Below are positions 13,095 to 27,110 of a DNA stretch of 64,000 nt, piece by piece. The stretch comes from Hemiscyllium ocellatum (lineage: Eukaryota): the NCBI RefSeq assembly GCF_020745735.1, contig NC_083449.1:5306923-5370922 (forward strand), given 5' to 3'. The notes below the pieces were generated by a model, which did not search any database, was not told the DNA's origin, and saw only the letters and a program-made list of their open reading frames with translations. The translations under genes and the position numbers were made by a program. Within the stretch, counting starts at the first letter, position 1; the number at the start of each line of letters is the position of its first letter.

Positions 13095-13475
13095 TCACTT
13101 GGAGCTGGTGTACTTGGTCACCGCCTTTGTGCCCTCCGACACGGCGTGCTTGGCCAGCTCCCCGGGCAGCAGCAGCCGCACGGCGGTCTGGATCTCCCGG
13201 GAGCTGATGGTGCTGCGCTTGTTGTAATGGGCCAGGCGGGAAGCCTCCCCCGCGATCCGCTCGAAAATATCGTTGACGAACGAGTTCATGATGCTCATGG
13301 CCTTGGAGGAGATGCCGGTGTCGGGGTGAACCTGCTTCATCACTTTGTAGATGTAGATGGAGTAACTTTCTCTCCTGGTTCTTTTCCTCTTCCTGCTACC
13401 CTTTGCTGGCGCCTTCTTGATGATTTTCTTCGCGCCCTTCTTGGAGGCTTGCTGTGCTTTCTTCTCATCAGCCAT
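13095..13475 (-). CDS. H2B: Replication-dependent histone H2B (126 aa)
   Basis: [17 protein letters not shown]...[25 protein letters not shown]...AVTKYTSSK. True ATG at 13475; stem-loop downstream. Confidence 0.98.
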   Translation of the reverse strand: MADEKKAQQASKKGAKKIIKKAPAKGSRKRKRTRRESYSIYIYKVMKQVHPDTGISSKAMSIMNSFVNDIFERIAGEASRLAHYNKRSTISSREIQTAVRLLLPGELAKHAVSEGTKAVTKYTSSK

Positions 13476-13527
13476 AACGCCGCTCACTTTCAGAAACAGA
13501 ATAAGGGAAAGTGGGCTCGGAGTTCCC

Positions 13528-13642
13528 TCTTTATAGACTGACGGCGTCAGCAATGCTAATGAGGGATGGGGTAAATCCTGATTCCCGATTGGGTAATTTC
13601 CACTGACATATTTAACAAAATCGCAGTCTCTCTGATTGGTTT
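13528..13642 (-). promoter_or_regulatory. H2B promoter
   Basis: TATAAA (minus, 13530-13535), palindrome CTGACGgCGTCAG 13538-13550, octamer variant ATGCTAAT 13553-13560, CCAAT boxes at ~13588 and ~13636. Confidence 0.8.
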
Positions 13643-14257
13643 GTGTGGTATGCAATGTGGATCAGTCAGAATCTGCAATGAAACGTGAAGCGGATGGATG
13701 TAGGGCTTTTGCCCGAAACGTCGATTCCGTATTTCTGTTCCTGTCAGTCTGACTGAGGGAGATGTGTTTTGTGTCTGTGACACAGAAAGTGACGGTGGTA
13801 TTGGCTCGGTTTCCTTTTGCTCGTTGTTGTGATGAAGTGGGGGGAAGGGTGTGTTTCTAGCCCCGCATGTCTGTTTCTGGTCCTCTGAATGGGCTGGAAT
13901 TAACGCAGAACTTGTCACTTTGTGAAAAAAAACTTCAATCCATTTGAAATTGTGATTACATTTGTTATCAAGTTACACAATCAATTGGAACCTGACCGTG
14001 AGTGTTTTCTACCCTTGGGGATGATGTAACTCGTTCTCAATTGCACGGAGTTGAAGAGAAATGAAAACAAAAAGTTTGTGATGAGTGTATCTGTACCTGA
14101 AAGTATCTGTACCTGTCAGTTTGTGTTCTGTGAATGAGTGAGTGTAGTTATATATTTGTCTCTGTTTAACATGACACTTGCAGAAACTGCAGGAGCTCTT
14201 TTTACTTCAAATCTCTGTTGCTCAACATGAATAAGATTTTATCTATTGCCATCACCA

Positions 14258-14590
14258 GGGTGGCACAGTGGTGCCAGGGATGCAGATTCAATTCCAGCCT
14301 TGGTTCATTACCTGTGTGCAGTTTGCATGTTTTGCCCATGTCTGCATGGGTTTCCTCGGGGTGCTCCAGTTTCTTTGCATGGTCCAAACATGTTTAGGTT
14401 AGCTGGATTAGCTATGGTATATTGTCCACTAGTATTCAAGGATGTGCAGTGTCAGTGGGTTAACTACAGTAACCGTGGAGTTATGGGGATAGGGTGGGGT
14501 CTACATCTGGCTGGGATCCACTTTGGTGAGTTGTAGTAGGGGGATGGGCCAAATGACCTCTATCTGCACCGGAGAAATTCTATGTACTGT
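14258..14590 (+). mobile_element. Degenerate HE1-type SINE
   Basis: gggtggcacagtgg head and V-SINE core tgggtttcctcggggtgctccagtttc. Confidence 0.8.
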
Positions 14591-15989
14591 AATTGAAAGT
14601 AAGACTTTTAAAATATCATGTTCAGTCTCTGACAGCGTAAAGCAGTTTGGATAATTTCCGCAACTTTTATTCTATGGTACAGGTTATGATTGTAAGTTAT
14701 ATTCTGAATGTGCATTTTGAACTTATTGTTCACATCTATATAACAAGACCACTTTATGAGGGCTTTTGTATTCTGTATCCAATAATCTTCGGGGATCTGT
14801 CTAAATTTGTACCTTTTCATATTAATATTTAATTTCCCTTTGGATCACTTGAAAACAAAGTATTCATTCAGTCATTTTGTATGAGATGTGTTCTATTTTC
14901 ACTTTGTGGAAACAAATTAAAATGCATCATTTGTTTCAATCTGGTACTTGGTATGCTAGCTAATTCCTTCAGTTTGGACAAATGGAATTGATACATGAAT
15001 TACATACAGTCATAGAGTCAGACAGTAAGTTTAAACCATATGAGATAATTGGACGAATAATTAGCCTGAATACTTATTTTCTTCTTTCTCTATTTAAGTG
15101 GAATACATTGTTAGCATTCAATAGGTTCAGTATTTCCAAATAGACATGTAGAGTTTACTTTTTGATCAACGTTATACTATGCATTAAAATTCTATAGGAA
15201 GTTCTCTTACACACTGGGACTGACATACTTCACTCTCACCTTTCCTGTTTAATTTAATGAAATGGTCGCTCTCCCAACCATGTGATCCTAATAGGCTTGA
15301 TTTTTCTATTTTTGCCTACAGACCTATTAACCTGACAGTATTTCTGCGTTTTGCAAATTATTCTGTACCCACTGTGTATGGCACCCTCTCCCTCTTTGTT
15401 GCGCCCAGAAACCATCAGTTTCCTTTAAGTCCTTCATTACGTAAGTAAGGACAATAACTGGTGCAGTCTACAAATATTTGTTCTTCTCTGAATGCAGAAC
15501 TCATCATGTTTCTTCCATTCACTTTTACGGTTCATGGACTGTCAACAGATTAGAGCCATGTTGTCTAGTGATAAATTTGGAAACTAAAATTTAATGTTGA
15601 CTACTTGGGCTGTTGTGTACATGCACTGATTTTATGTATAAAAATGATTTTTGAAAGAAACAGTTGTTATGATACAGGAAGGATGCTCACACTCGATTGA
15701 TCCTGCTTCAATCTTCCTGCATTGTGCTACTGAGCAGTTTGAATGTTTACTGTTAAATGGACAGCCAGTTAGCAAAGGAGAGAGTTTTCAGTTCATGTTT
15801 CCTGAAATGAATGGGAAAGAGCTTATTTTCTTTGACTGTATCTGTAGGATTCACAGACAAGTGAAACCACAGCACAATGTCACAGAACAGATCTGTGCTG
15901 TTCTTCAGAGCAATGGTAAAAGCAATGGACCTTTGCACCTCCGATAGTGCAAAGTCTAACTGGGAGTAGTGATATCAAAGTGTGGCCTT

Positions 15990-16645
15990 CACACAGTTAT
16001 ACAGCACAGAAACAGATCCTTTGGTCCAAGCTGACCAGAGATCCTAATTTGACCCTGTCCCATTTAAATTCAAAATCTCAACACCAGGTTATAGTACAAC
16101 AGGTTTATGTGGAAGCACTAGCTTTCAGAATGATGAAGGAGCAGTGCACTGAAAGCTAGTGCTTCCAAATTAATCTGATGTACGACATATTGGAGTTTTG
16201 TGTTTCTTAACTTTGTCCACCCCAGTCCAACACTGGCACCTCCACATCATGGCTAGTCCCACTTACCAGCATTTGGCAAATATCCATCGAATCTGTTCCT
16301 ATTCTTGTATATATCCAGGTGCCTATAAAAGGTTGTAATTGTACCCACCACCTCCACTTCCTCTTGTACAATTCCATACAAGCACCACCCTCTGTGATAG
16401 AGTAACCCACAGGCCCTTTTAAAATCTTTTTTCCACAATTCAAACCTGTGCCCTCTATTTTTGCACTCATCCACATTCGGAAAATGACCAGGGCTATTGA
16501 TCCTATCATGCCCCTCATGATTTTCTCAACCTGTACAAAGGTCACACCTCATTCTCCGACAGTCCAGGGAACAAAGCAACAGCCTGTTCAGCCTCTTCCC
16601 CCCCTAACTCAAAACCCCCAGTCCTGGCAATGAAACATCCTGATG
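15990..16645 (-). mobile_element. CR1 3' fragment with nested PLE-derived hairpin (~16070-16250)
   Basis: Minus ORFs with CR1 C-terminal remnants (RGHRF..., EEVEVVGTITTF.RHLD). Confidence 0.8.
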
Positions 16646-17369
16646 AGAGTAGTGCGGTTTACATGGACTTCTGTTAGGCATTTGTTGAAGCATAACCCTT
16701 GACCGGGGAGGAAAGCTAATTTGCAATAATGGCGCAAGAAGCCTTTTTGATGAAGATAAGAGTCATTAAAAAAAAATCTGTTCCTGCAAGTTGGAGAAAT
16801 GGAGAATGATGTTGTGCTAAAGGTGGGGATGGCAGTTCCTCTGCCACCATGATACATTGATGGAAATGGAATGCTGTCAGAATGAGAGTAGAATTGTTAG
16901 CTGGATGTTTCTGACTGCTGCAGACCACAATGACTTCATGGGAGAGTGATATTCTTTTTGATTTTCTGTTGCCTGTGTATATGGAACTCCATAACTGTTA
17001 ATCCTGCTCTGCAGTTATGATGTTTGTATTTTGAACTAATTCTCAATTAGTCAGTTGTTGTGTCTGTGCCTGCAATAATTATTCTCTATTGTCAGGAATA
17101 AAAACAGAAATTCCTGGAGAAACTCAGTTCTAAATAAGTTACTGGCCCCAAAACATTAACTCTGCTTTTTCTCCACACAAACTGCCAGACATGCTGAGTT
17201 TTCTTTCAACACTTTCTCCTTTTGTTTGCAGCCTCTAGCATCTGCAGTTTTATTTGTCAGGCTTTGGCAGAGAATGGGTATTTGGCATTCACATTATTTA
17301 ATTGTCATGTGACTATATATGACAACTATACATTAAAGGGTTAACACTGTCCTGCCCAAACACTAATAA

Positions 17370-17666
17370 GGGGCGGCACGGTGGCACAGTGGTTAGCACT
17401 ACTGCCTCACAGCGCCTGTAGACCCGGGTTCAACTGACTGTGTGGAGTTTGCACGTTCTCCCCGTGTCTGCTTGGGGTTTCCTCCGGGTGCTCCGGTTTC
17501 CTCCCACAGTCACAAAGATGTGCGGGTCAGGTGAATTGGCCATGCTAAATTGCCCCTAGTGTTAGGTAAGGGGTATATGTAGGGGTATGGGTGGGTTGCG
17601 CTTCAGCGGGTCGGTGTGGACTTGTTGGGCCGAAGGGCCTGTTTCCACACTGTAAGTAATCTAATC
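17370..17666 (+). mobile_element. HE1 V-SINE (tRNA-derived), near full length
   Basis: tRNA-like head with A box (tggcacagtgg) and B box (gggttcaa), V core (gggtttcctccgggtgctccggtttcctccca), CR1-derived tail gggccgaagggcctgtttccacactgta. Confidence 0.92.
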
Positions 17667-19685
17667 AAACTTTGATTGGCAGCAGATGCTCGCAGGTAAA
17701 GGGATGGCTGGAAAATGGGAAACCTTTAAAAATGAGATAACAAAGAGTCCAGAGACAGTCTGTTCCTGTTAAGGTGAACGGAAAGTGTAGAGAATGCTGG
17801 ATGACAGAGGTAATGAGGTTTTGGTCCAGAGAAAGGAGAAAACATATATCAAGCATAGACAGCAGAGATCAAGTGATTCCTTAGAAGAGAAAAAGGCAGT
17901 AGGAGTATTATTAAGAGGGAAATCAGGAGGGCAAAAAGGGGACATGAGATAACTTTGGCAGAGTTAAGGAAAATGCCAAGGGATTTTATGAATACATTAA
18001 GGACAAAAGGGTAACTAGGACTCCTCAAAGATCAGCAAGGCGGCCTTTGTGTGTAGCCACGGAAGATGGGGGAGATACTAAAATAGTATTTTGCATCACT
18101 GTTTACTGTGGAGAAAGACATGGAAGATATAGAATGTGGGGAAATAGATGGTGACATCTTGAAAGATGTCCATATTACAGAGGAAGAAATACTGGATGTC
18201 TTGAAATGCATAAAGTTGGATAAATCCCCAGGACCTGATCAGGCATATCCTAGAACTCTGGGAAGTTGCCAAAGTGATTGCTGTGTCCCTTGCCGGGATA
18301 TTTTCATCAGGTTGGTCACAGATGAGGCGTCGGAAGACTAGAGGTTGGCGAACGTGGTGCGACTATTTACGAAAGGTGGAAAGGAAAAGCCAGGTAACTT
18401 TAGGCTGGTAAGCCTGCCATTGGTGTTGAGCAAGATGTTGGAGGGAATCGTGAGGGAGACAGGATTTATACGTATGTTGAAAGGCAAGGACTGATTTGGG
18501 ACAGTGAACATGGCTTTGTGTGTGGGAAATCATGACTCACAAACTCAATTAAGTTTTCCAAAGAGGTAACAAAGAGGATTTCCCCATGGGAGACTGGTTA
18601 GCAAGGTTAGATCTCACTGAATACAGGGAGAACTCGCCTTTTGGATACAGAACTGGCTCAAAAGGTAGAAGACAGAGGATGGTAGTGGAGGGTTGTTTTT
18701 CAGACTGGAGGCCCATGACCAGTGAAGTGCTATAAGGATCGGTGCTGTATCCACTACTTTTCGTTGTTTATATAAATGATTTGGATGTGAGCATAGGAGG
18801 TACAGTTAGTAAGTTTGCAGGTGACACCAAACTTGGAAGTGTAGTGGACAGCAAAGAAGGTTACCTCAGATTACAATGGAATCTTGATCAGATGGGCCAA
18901 TGGGGTGAGAAGTAGCAGATGGAGTTTAATTCAGATAAATGCAAAGTGCTGCATTTTGGGAAAACAGATCTTAGCAGGATTTAATGGTAAGGTCCTAGGG
19001 AATGTTGCTGAACAAAGAGACCCTGGAGTGCAGGTGCATAGTTCCTTGAAAGTGGAGTTGCAGGTAGATAGGATAGTGAAGAAGGCGTTTTGTATGCTTT
19101 CCTTTATTGGTCAGAGTATTGAGTACATTTTGCAGCTCTACAGGACATTGGTTCAGCCACTTTTGGAATATTGCTTACAGTTCAGGTCTCCTTCCGATCA
19201 GAAGGATGCTGTTCAGAAAAGATTTACAAGGGTGTTGCCAGGATTTGAGCTAGAAGGAGAAGTTGAAAAGGCTGGGGCAGTTTTCCCTGGAGCATCGGAG
19301 GCTGACGAGTGCCCTTATAGAGGTTTATAAAACCATGAGGGGCATGGATAGGAGAAATAGGACAAATTATGTTCCCTGGGATGGGGGAGTCCAGAACAAG
19401 AGGGCACAGGTTTAGGGTGAGATGGAAATGATATAAGAGACCTAAGTGGCAAGGCTTTCATGCAGAGGGTAGTAAATGCATGGAATGAAATGCCAGAGGA
19501 AGTGGTGGGGGCGAGTACAATTGCAAATTTTAAAAAGCATCTGAATTCATATATGAATAGGAAGTGTTTGGTGCTCTATGAACTGGATGCTGGCAGGTGG
19601 ACTAGATTGGGTTGAAATAGCTGGTCAGCATGGACAAGTTGGACTGAAGGTTTTATTTCCGTGCTGTATGTCTCTTTGACTCAAT
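17667..19685 (+). mobile_element. 5'-truncated CR1 LINE (degenerate ORF2)
   Basis: LDKSPGPDQ, SKFAGDTK-like and YRTLVQPLLEYCLQF segments; CR1 tail ending ~19685. Confidence 0.92.
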
Positions 19686-19699
19686 GATTAATGAGAATA

Positions 19700-20262
19700 A
19701 AGTGGTGGACGTGATCTATGTGGACTTCAGTAAGATGTTTAACAAGTTTCCACATTGTATACTGGTTAGCAAGGTCAGATCACATGAAAATTGGGGAGAA
19801 CTAGCAATTTGGATACAGAATTGACTTGAACGTGGAAGACAGAGGGTGGTGGTGGAGGGTTACCTGTGGTCAGTCATGAGCACAAGGATCAGGGCTGGGT
19901 TCACTGCTTTTCATCACTAATATGAATGATTTGAATGTGAACATAAAAGGTTTGCAGATAGCATGAAAATTGGCATAGTAGTGGACAGCAAAGAAGGTTC
20001 CCTCAGGGTACAACAGGATCATGATCAGATGGGCCACTGGCAGATGAAGTTTCATTCAGATAAATTTGAGGTGCTTCATTTTGGAAAGGCAAATCAAGGT
20101 AGGAGTTATACACTTAATGGTAAGCTCCTGGGGAGTATAGCTGAACAAAATGACCATGGAGTGCAGGTTCATAGTTCCTTGAAAGTAGAATCGCTGGTCG
20201 ATAGGATAATGCAGAAGGCATTTAGTATGCTGTTTTTTATTGGTCTGAACACAGAATATAGG
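19700..20262 (+). mobile_element. CR1 RT fragment
   Basis: VDVIYVDFSK and WQMKFHSDKFEVLHFGKAN segments. Confidence 0.85.
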
Positions 20263-20365
20263 GGTTCTAGATTAGTGGTGCTGGAAGAGCACAGCAGTTC
20301 AGGCAGCATCCAAGGACCAGTAAAATCGACGTTTCGGGCAAAATCCCTTCATCATTCCTGATGTC

Positions 20366-20565
20366 CATGAATCTATTGTTGGTTGCCAACAAAACTCATC
20401 TGGTTCAGTAATGTCCTTGAATGAAGGAAACGGTCATCCTTCCCTTGTCTGGCCTGCATGTGACTCCAGACCCACATCAATGTGGCTGCATGGGTAGTTA
20501 GGGATGGGCAATAAATGCTGGCCGAGTCAGTGATGCCCCCATCCCATGAATGAATTTTAAAAAAT
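20366..20565 (+). mobile_element. DeuSINE/SacSINE-like 3' part with L2-type tail
   Basis: gggatgggcaataaatgctggcc...cccatgaatgaat; paralog in reverse orientation at ~54443-54630. Confidence 0.6.
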
Positions 20566-22103
20566 TCTGTGACTGTGATTCAATCTGCGATAATAGTGTT
20601 CAGGGTGTTGAGATTGGGCCTTAATCTCTTATGCATTTTGTGACTTATGACTCAATCACAGAATTGGTACAGCCATTCAGCCTGTGGTGTCTGCACTGGG
20701 ACATTCTATTCTTATTCTGTTCTCCATTAAAGTTTTCACTAATTGTTGGGATTCTAATTGTCTTTCACTCACTGCCAGTGTCTCGGTGTAAATGCCAATT
20801 TGAAATTAGTTCTGCGGTTATCGGCCTTTGAATACCTCGGGTGCCACTTTTGCTCTGTGTATAACAGTGACAAGTCGAGTATATGATGCCATTCTCTTTC
20901 TATGTTCAGTTGTTTTTCAGCAGGCTGTAGAATGAACCCATTCACTATTTGATAAACCTGTGTGATTGAGGGATTAATGTTTGTTTAATACTTATCTTTG
21001 CCAAGAATCTGAATTTTACTGTATTCAATCTCAGTTTTCTTTTTATATTTTGTGTGTGCAGTAGACTTTGGCAGTTGCTGCTGGGCACTGCAATATTGCA
21101 ACATCTAATACTAACATCTTCTGAAGCGATTAATTATTTGGTCAGTCAATTTATGACTGTCCATATCTGGAAGTAATTGTAGGCCTAAATTGTACTTTTT
21201 TTTCCCTTTTACCATTAACTGGCTGAGTGAGAGTGAGGTTTATGTTGTGCCGCCAATCTGTATCACTTTGAAGAGTGGTACTGGTCTATATAACACCAAC
21301 ATTGTCTGTATGTCTCTATGTGATTGCAGTTCTACATGTCATGTCTTGATACACTTTATAAGGTGAGTTTAATCTCTTATCAATCAGTGTTTCATACATT
21401 AAAAAAATATGGAAACACTTCTGCATTACTCAGGCTCTCAAACAGAACGGGAGCATGCATAAAGTGTGTTTTCATCAACACCAGGCTGAGTGAGAATGAG
21501 AGAGACAGAGTCAGAGACAGACACAGATGTGTAAGTATGTGTGTGAATGAGCACTAAGCATCCTCTCTAGAAGCATCCTCTGTAGATCAGGCTTGACCAA
21601 GAGGTCCTTTTGAAATTTACATTGTTTGATTATTGTCTTTGTACAGGACAACTATTTATCAAAAGAATAATTTTGTTCTGCTCAGGTACTCCTAAATGTC
21701 CAACTTTGCTTCTACATCTGAACTCAATATCTACTTCATATATATTATATATTTGTTATAACAATGTAACAGCATGATCAATTTGTCCATATTGATGTAA
21801 GTTAAAAATACCAAATCTATGTATGGATTTAATGCAAATCATTAAATGTATATTTATTATAAGCATACAGTCTAAACTGCTTATAATCTTATGAATGATA
21901 ATTGGCTTTGAATAATGGAATTTACTGTCACTGAGGAGGTATGCACTGAGAAGGGGGGCAACATAATATAGATTTATATATCATCAGTTGTGTTTAACTC
22001 TTGGATTGAATGTGTACTTCTGGAAATGGAGCTCAATGTGTGTCTGACTCAATCCACTCTGACTGTGGAAAGGACATTCTCCTCTCTGACAGTGGTAACA
22101 TAC

Positions 22104-22158
22104 CTGCTGGGTGTGAGAAACAGCTGGTCACACTTGGATTGGTCCATCAAATATTTGC
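22104..22158 (-). ncRNA. Exon-like module copy 3 (55 nt; 27-nt internal deletion)
   Basis: tctttctccAG acceptor and CAG|GTATGT donor both intact despite the internal deletion. Confidence 0.55.
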
Positions 22159-22639
22159 CTGGAGAAAGACAAAAGAGAGAGTTCCTGTACATCACTAGCA
22201 GCCGAGTAGGAAGACATGAAATGATCGATGCAATATTCAGGCCATGATCATTATAATTTTGTTTTTGAACAAGGCAAGGTGAACAGTGCAGATCCTGGTT
22301 CCACTCGAGTCCTGAGCTCCTTCCAGTCATTTTCTGTTTCCCAAATTCTAAAACATTTTACTTAGATAAAAATAAACTAACCAACATATGCACAGCTCCC
22401 CAAACGTAATGATTCCACAGTTCAATGTCCAGCTCCCAATACATTAAGTGTTGAAAAACAAATACTGGGCACGACTTCACATACTTGGAGACATTTATCC
22501 GGTGCCTGCTATATTTATGCTTCACAGGATTATCACATTTATTTCTACTCTCCTTCATTTCAATGTCTATTCGCAACAAACAGCGTGAAACAGAAGCCAG
22601 ACAATTAATTCCCATCAGTGTTTAGGGGATTAAAAACCA

Positions 22640-23150
22640 CAAGAATATTCCATAGCAGCTTCTTCCCGCTCTGCCTCCCTCAGCAGGCCCACACACAGCC
22701 CGAGAAAGGCCTCTCTCTTCCCCCCAGCCCGCTCACTCCAAGTTCCGGGACCAGTTCCTGCTCCGCTCGGCCCCTTACAAACAGCCCCCGGTTCTCCCTG
22801 AACTCACTCCGAATCAATCCCGGTCTGGGAGCCCCCTCTGTGTTCCAGGCTCCCATCCCGATGTGCTGCTGGAAGGAGCCTGCTGTTCCCTCGCTTCCCT
22901 GGGCGCTGATCTCTCCATTACGGTCTGTTTCAAACAAACCTCTTGCACTCACTGAGTAAATGCTCCTCAGTTTCTGGATCAGTGGTGGTGATGGAAGAGC
23001 ACAGCAGTTGAGGCAGCATCCAAAGTGCAGCGAAATCGACGTTTAGGGCAAAAGCCCTTCATTCGGAATCAAAGGCCCTCAGTGGCAGCGCTGGGGGCGG
23101 GCCTCACGCATGCGCTCCTCTGCTCAGGAACAATCATCGCGCACGCGCTG
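22640..23150 (-). promoter_or_regulatory. GC-rich promoter/first-exon core, copy 2 (interrupted)
   Basis: NRF1-type site 23106-23115, donor at 22947-22952. PLE-derived insert 22972-23076 with cctcagt duplication. Confidence 0.6.
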
Positions 23151-23739
23151 CTTTTCCTAATGCTTCCCAGAAACAAACATCAATTGGTCATATCCCCAAT
23201 TCCCTTTTCTCCCAGTCTGACCAAAGGAATTGGAGCTGTGGGGGAAAGGGCAGAGAAGGTTTCAAGCTGGGACATTGCCCTTTATGAAGCTCCAATGGAG
23301 CTCATTCCCGGGTGATGTTAATAACTCCTCCCTCCGGCTCTCTCACAATCTGATCAGGGGGTGGAGAAACTGGCGGCCACTCGGCCCATCCCCGGTACTT
23401 CCCCCATTCGATGAAATCACGTCTGATCGAATGTTAACTGTGGTATTTAATCCTGCTGCCCCTCATCCACAAATATTAACTCTTTGCCCAAAGTAACATC
23501 CAGAGAGATGGAATAAGTGGAACATTCTTATAAAGGCAGAAAATAATTGATGGAGAGAGTCTTGAATCACAGTGTCAGTGCTTATTTCTGGGTCAGGAGG
23601 CCCGCGCAAAAGTCAGACTAAGTGTGCAACAACACCTCTGGGACTCGATTTAGTTTGTCGTGGATGACAGATTTTCGTGTCAGGTATGCTGCAGACAGAA
23701 ACCTTGTGATGTATTGTATGCCACATTCACTCCTGGAAC

Positions 23740-24010
23740 GTGGATGCCGCTGGCTGAGCCTAGCATTTATTCTCCATCCCTTTGAGAAGGCGGTGTTGAG
23801 CCACCTTCTGGAACAGCCGTTGTCCATGTACTGCCCACAATGCCATGAAGAGGGAATTCCAGGGTCATGATCCGGTGACCGTGAAAGAAAGCGGTTTTAT
23901 TTCCAAGTCAGCATGGTGAGTGCCTTGGGCGGGAGCTTGTCCGATATCAAGGCGGTGTTCCCCTACATCAGCTGCCTTAATTCGTTTTAGATGGATGTAG
24001 TCGCGATTTG
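23740..24010 (-). mobile_element. L2-type LINE 3' fragment
   Basis: Reverse complement of ...aagggatgga..aataaatgctaggctcagccag; paralog on plus at ~49500-49760. Confidence 0.55.
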
Positions 24011-24049
24011 GAAGGTTCTCCTTTTTCAAATTACAAAACTCGAATCTCT

Positions 24050-27000
24050 TTGTCAGCGGCACAGACAGACCTCTATCAGGTCGATAGCGTGAAATTAGAA
24101 TAGTGCGTTGCCTCCCTGGTGCCAAGATCAAGCATATCTTGGAGAGAGTGCACGATATTCAAAAAACGGAGAAGGACCAGCGGGAGTATACATTGGAACT
24201 AACTACATAGTAAGGGGATAGGATTAGATTCCGAATAAGTAAGAGAGGCAAGAGTTTAGAAAGGAGGTTCTCTCCAGTAGTAATATCTAGATTACTTCCG
24301 CTGCTCCGCGCGAGTGAGGGTAGGAGTAGGATGATAGAGTAAGGTAATACCCAAGTCAGGAGCTGGTGCAGGGGAGAAGGGTTCACATTTTTGGATCATT
24401 CGAATCTCTTCTGGGGAAGACGCGACTTGTATAAAAAGGATAGATTGCAGCTGAATTGGAAGGGGTCTAATATACTGGCAGGGACATTTCCTGGAGCTGC
24501 TGGGGAGGGATTACACTAGTAAGGGTGGGGGCGGGAGATAATGAGGAAAGAGATCGATCTGAGGCTGGTATAGTTGACAAGTCAAACAGTCAGGGCAGGC
24601 AGGAACAATGCAGAGATTGAGGTAGGATTCATAAATTAAACTGCGTTTATTTCAATAAAAGAGGCCTAACCGGGAAGAACGATAATCTCAGGACATGGTT
24701 AGGAAAATGGTCTTGGAATATCATAGCAATTACAGAGAAATGGTTTGGGGATGGACACAACTGCAGCTTAATGTTCCAGGAATCAAAGGATGGGGGGAGG
24801 CGGGCAGCGAGAGGAAATGGGGAGTGACGTGTTTGGTAAGAGATAAGATTACAGATATACTTAGGGAGGATTTTCCTGGGAATTATTTGAGTGGAACTGA
24901 GAAATAAGAAAGGGTTTGATCACCTTATTGGGATTGGACTGTAGACGCCCCAATAGTCCTCAGGACATGAGAAACAAATTTGTAAGGAGATCTTAGATCT
25001 GCAGGAATACTGGTGTGGTTATGATGAGGGATTTTAACATTCCAAACATAGATTGGGACTGCCATTTTGTTAATGGTTTCAACAGAGAGGAAATCCTTAA
25101 GAAAATTTTCTGACTCAGTATGTGAATGTACCTTCTAGCCAAGGTGCAAAACTTGACCTATACTTGGGATATAATGATGAGTCAGTGGGGGAGCATTTTG
25201 GGGCCAGTGGCCATAATTTAAAACTGTTATTGAAAAGGATAAACCAGATCTCAAAGTTAAATTTCTAATTTGGAGCAAGACCAATTTTGAGAGTATTATG
25301 CAAGAACCTTCAAAAGTGGACTGAGGGCAGATGCTCACGGGCAAAGGGATGGCTGGAAAATGGGAAGCCTTCAAAAATGTGAAAACGAGGATCCAGAGAC
25401 AGTATGTTCCTGTTAGAGTGAAAGGCATGACTGGTAAGTGTAGGAAATACTGGATGAGAAAAGACGTTGAGGTTTTGGTCCGAATGAGAAGGAAGTTAAA
25501 TACAGAGGTTAAATACAGCAATAGGGAAAAACTTAAGATGGAAATCAAGAGGGCAAAAAAGGGACATAAAGTATCTTTGGCAAATATTGTTAAGGAGAAT
25601 TTAAACAGATTTTATAAATAGATGAAGGACAAAAGGGCCCAGCAAAGATTAGCAGGACAGCCTATGTGTGGAACAACAGGAAATGTGGGAGATACTAAGC
25701 AAGTTCTCACTGAGAAGGAAATGGAAGATGTAGAATGTGGGAAATAGATGGTGACATTTTGAAAAATGTTCATAATACAGAGGAGGTACTGCTGGATGTT
25801 TTTTAAACATAAAAGGTGGACAAAGCATGAGCACCTGATCTGGTGTACTCTGGAACAAGCTAGGGAAGTGATTGTTGGGCCCCCTGCTGAGACACCTGTA
25901 TATCATCGATAGTCACAGTTGAGGTGCAAAAAAGTCTGGAGGTTGGCCAACGTGGTACCACTGTTTAAGAATGGTGGTAAGGCAAAGCCAGGGAACTATT
26001 GAACAGTGAGTGTAACATCAACAGTAGGCACACAGTTGAGGGGATTGTGAGAGACAGGATTTACATCTTTTTTAAAATCCAGGATTATTTTAGGAGTAGG
26101 CAACATGGCTTTCTGCGTGTTTTCACTAACTCAACTGAGTTTTTTTTTAAATGGTAAGGAAGAGGACTGATAGGGGCAAGGTGGGTGGATGTGATCTATA
26201 TGGCCTTCAGTCAGGCGTTTGACAAAGTTCCCCATGTGTAATGGATTAGATAGATTAGATCATATGGAATACAGGGAGAATTCACCATTTGGAAACAGAA
26301 CTTGTTCGAAGGTAGAAGACAGAGGGTGGTGGTGGAGGCTTGCTTTTCAGACTGGAGGCCTATGACAAGTGATGTTCTACAAGAATCACTGCTGGGTCCA
26401 CTGCTTTTCATCATTTATATAAATGATTTTAGTTAAAAAACATGACAACACCAGATAGAGTCCAACAGGTTTATTTGGAAGTACAAGCTTTCAGAGTGCT
26501 GCTCCTCCGTCAGGTGTCGATGCTCTGAATGCTTGTACTTCCAAATAAATCTGTTGGAGTATAACCTGGCATTGTGTCATTTTTAACTATGCGCACCTCG
26601 GGTCAACACTAGCACCTCCACATTATTATGAATGATTTGGATGTGAAGTTGCACCTATTGTTAATAAGTTTGCAGATTACACAAAAATTGGAGTTGTAGA
26701 GGCCTGCAAAGAAGGCTACCTCAGAATACAACAGGGTCTTGATCAGATGGGCACTGGACCCAGGAGAGGCATATTGAGTTCAATTTAGATCAATATGAAG
26801 TGCAGCAATTTGGAAAGGCAAATCAGGGCAGGACTTACACATTTAATATTAAGGTCCTGTGAGTGGTGCTGAATGAAGAGACGTTGGAATGCTGATTCAT
26901 TGTTGCTTGAAAGGCGAGTTATAGTTAGATCGAATAGTAAAGAAGGCATTTGATATTTTTCCGTTACTGGTCAGAGCTTTGAGTATGCAACTTAGGAGGA

Positions 27001-27110
27001 AACGTTGTGGGTGTACAGAACATTGTTTATGCCATTCTTGGAATATTATGTGCAGTTTTAGTTTCTCTCCTATGGAAAGGATGTTGTGAAACTTGAAATA
27101 GCTGTTCAAG
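24050..27110 (+). mobile_element. Long degenerate CR1 LINE (ORF1 esterase end, APE, RT)
   Basis: CLPGAKIKHILERV-like SGNH esterase remnant at ~24110; APE start KLNCVYFN at ~24633; RT motifs to ~27100; nested PLE hairpin ~26432-26625. Confidence 0.88.

Noticed and set aside
13476-13655. N-terminal extensions of the H2B, H2A and H1 ORFs in the ORF track
   Set aside because: They begin at non-ATG codons and run through promoter or 5' UTR sequence; canonical ATGs are at 13475, 11748 and 28718.
17370-17440. tRNA gene
   Set aside because: It is the tRNA-derived head of an HE1 SINE and continues into the V core and CR1-like tail.
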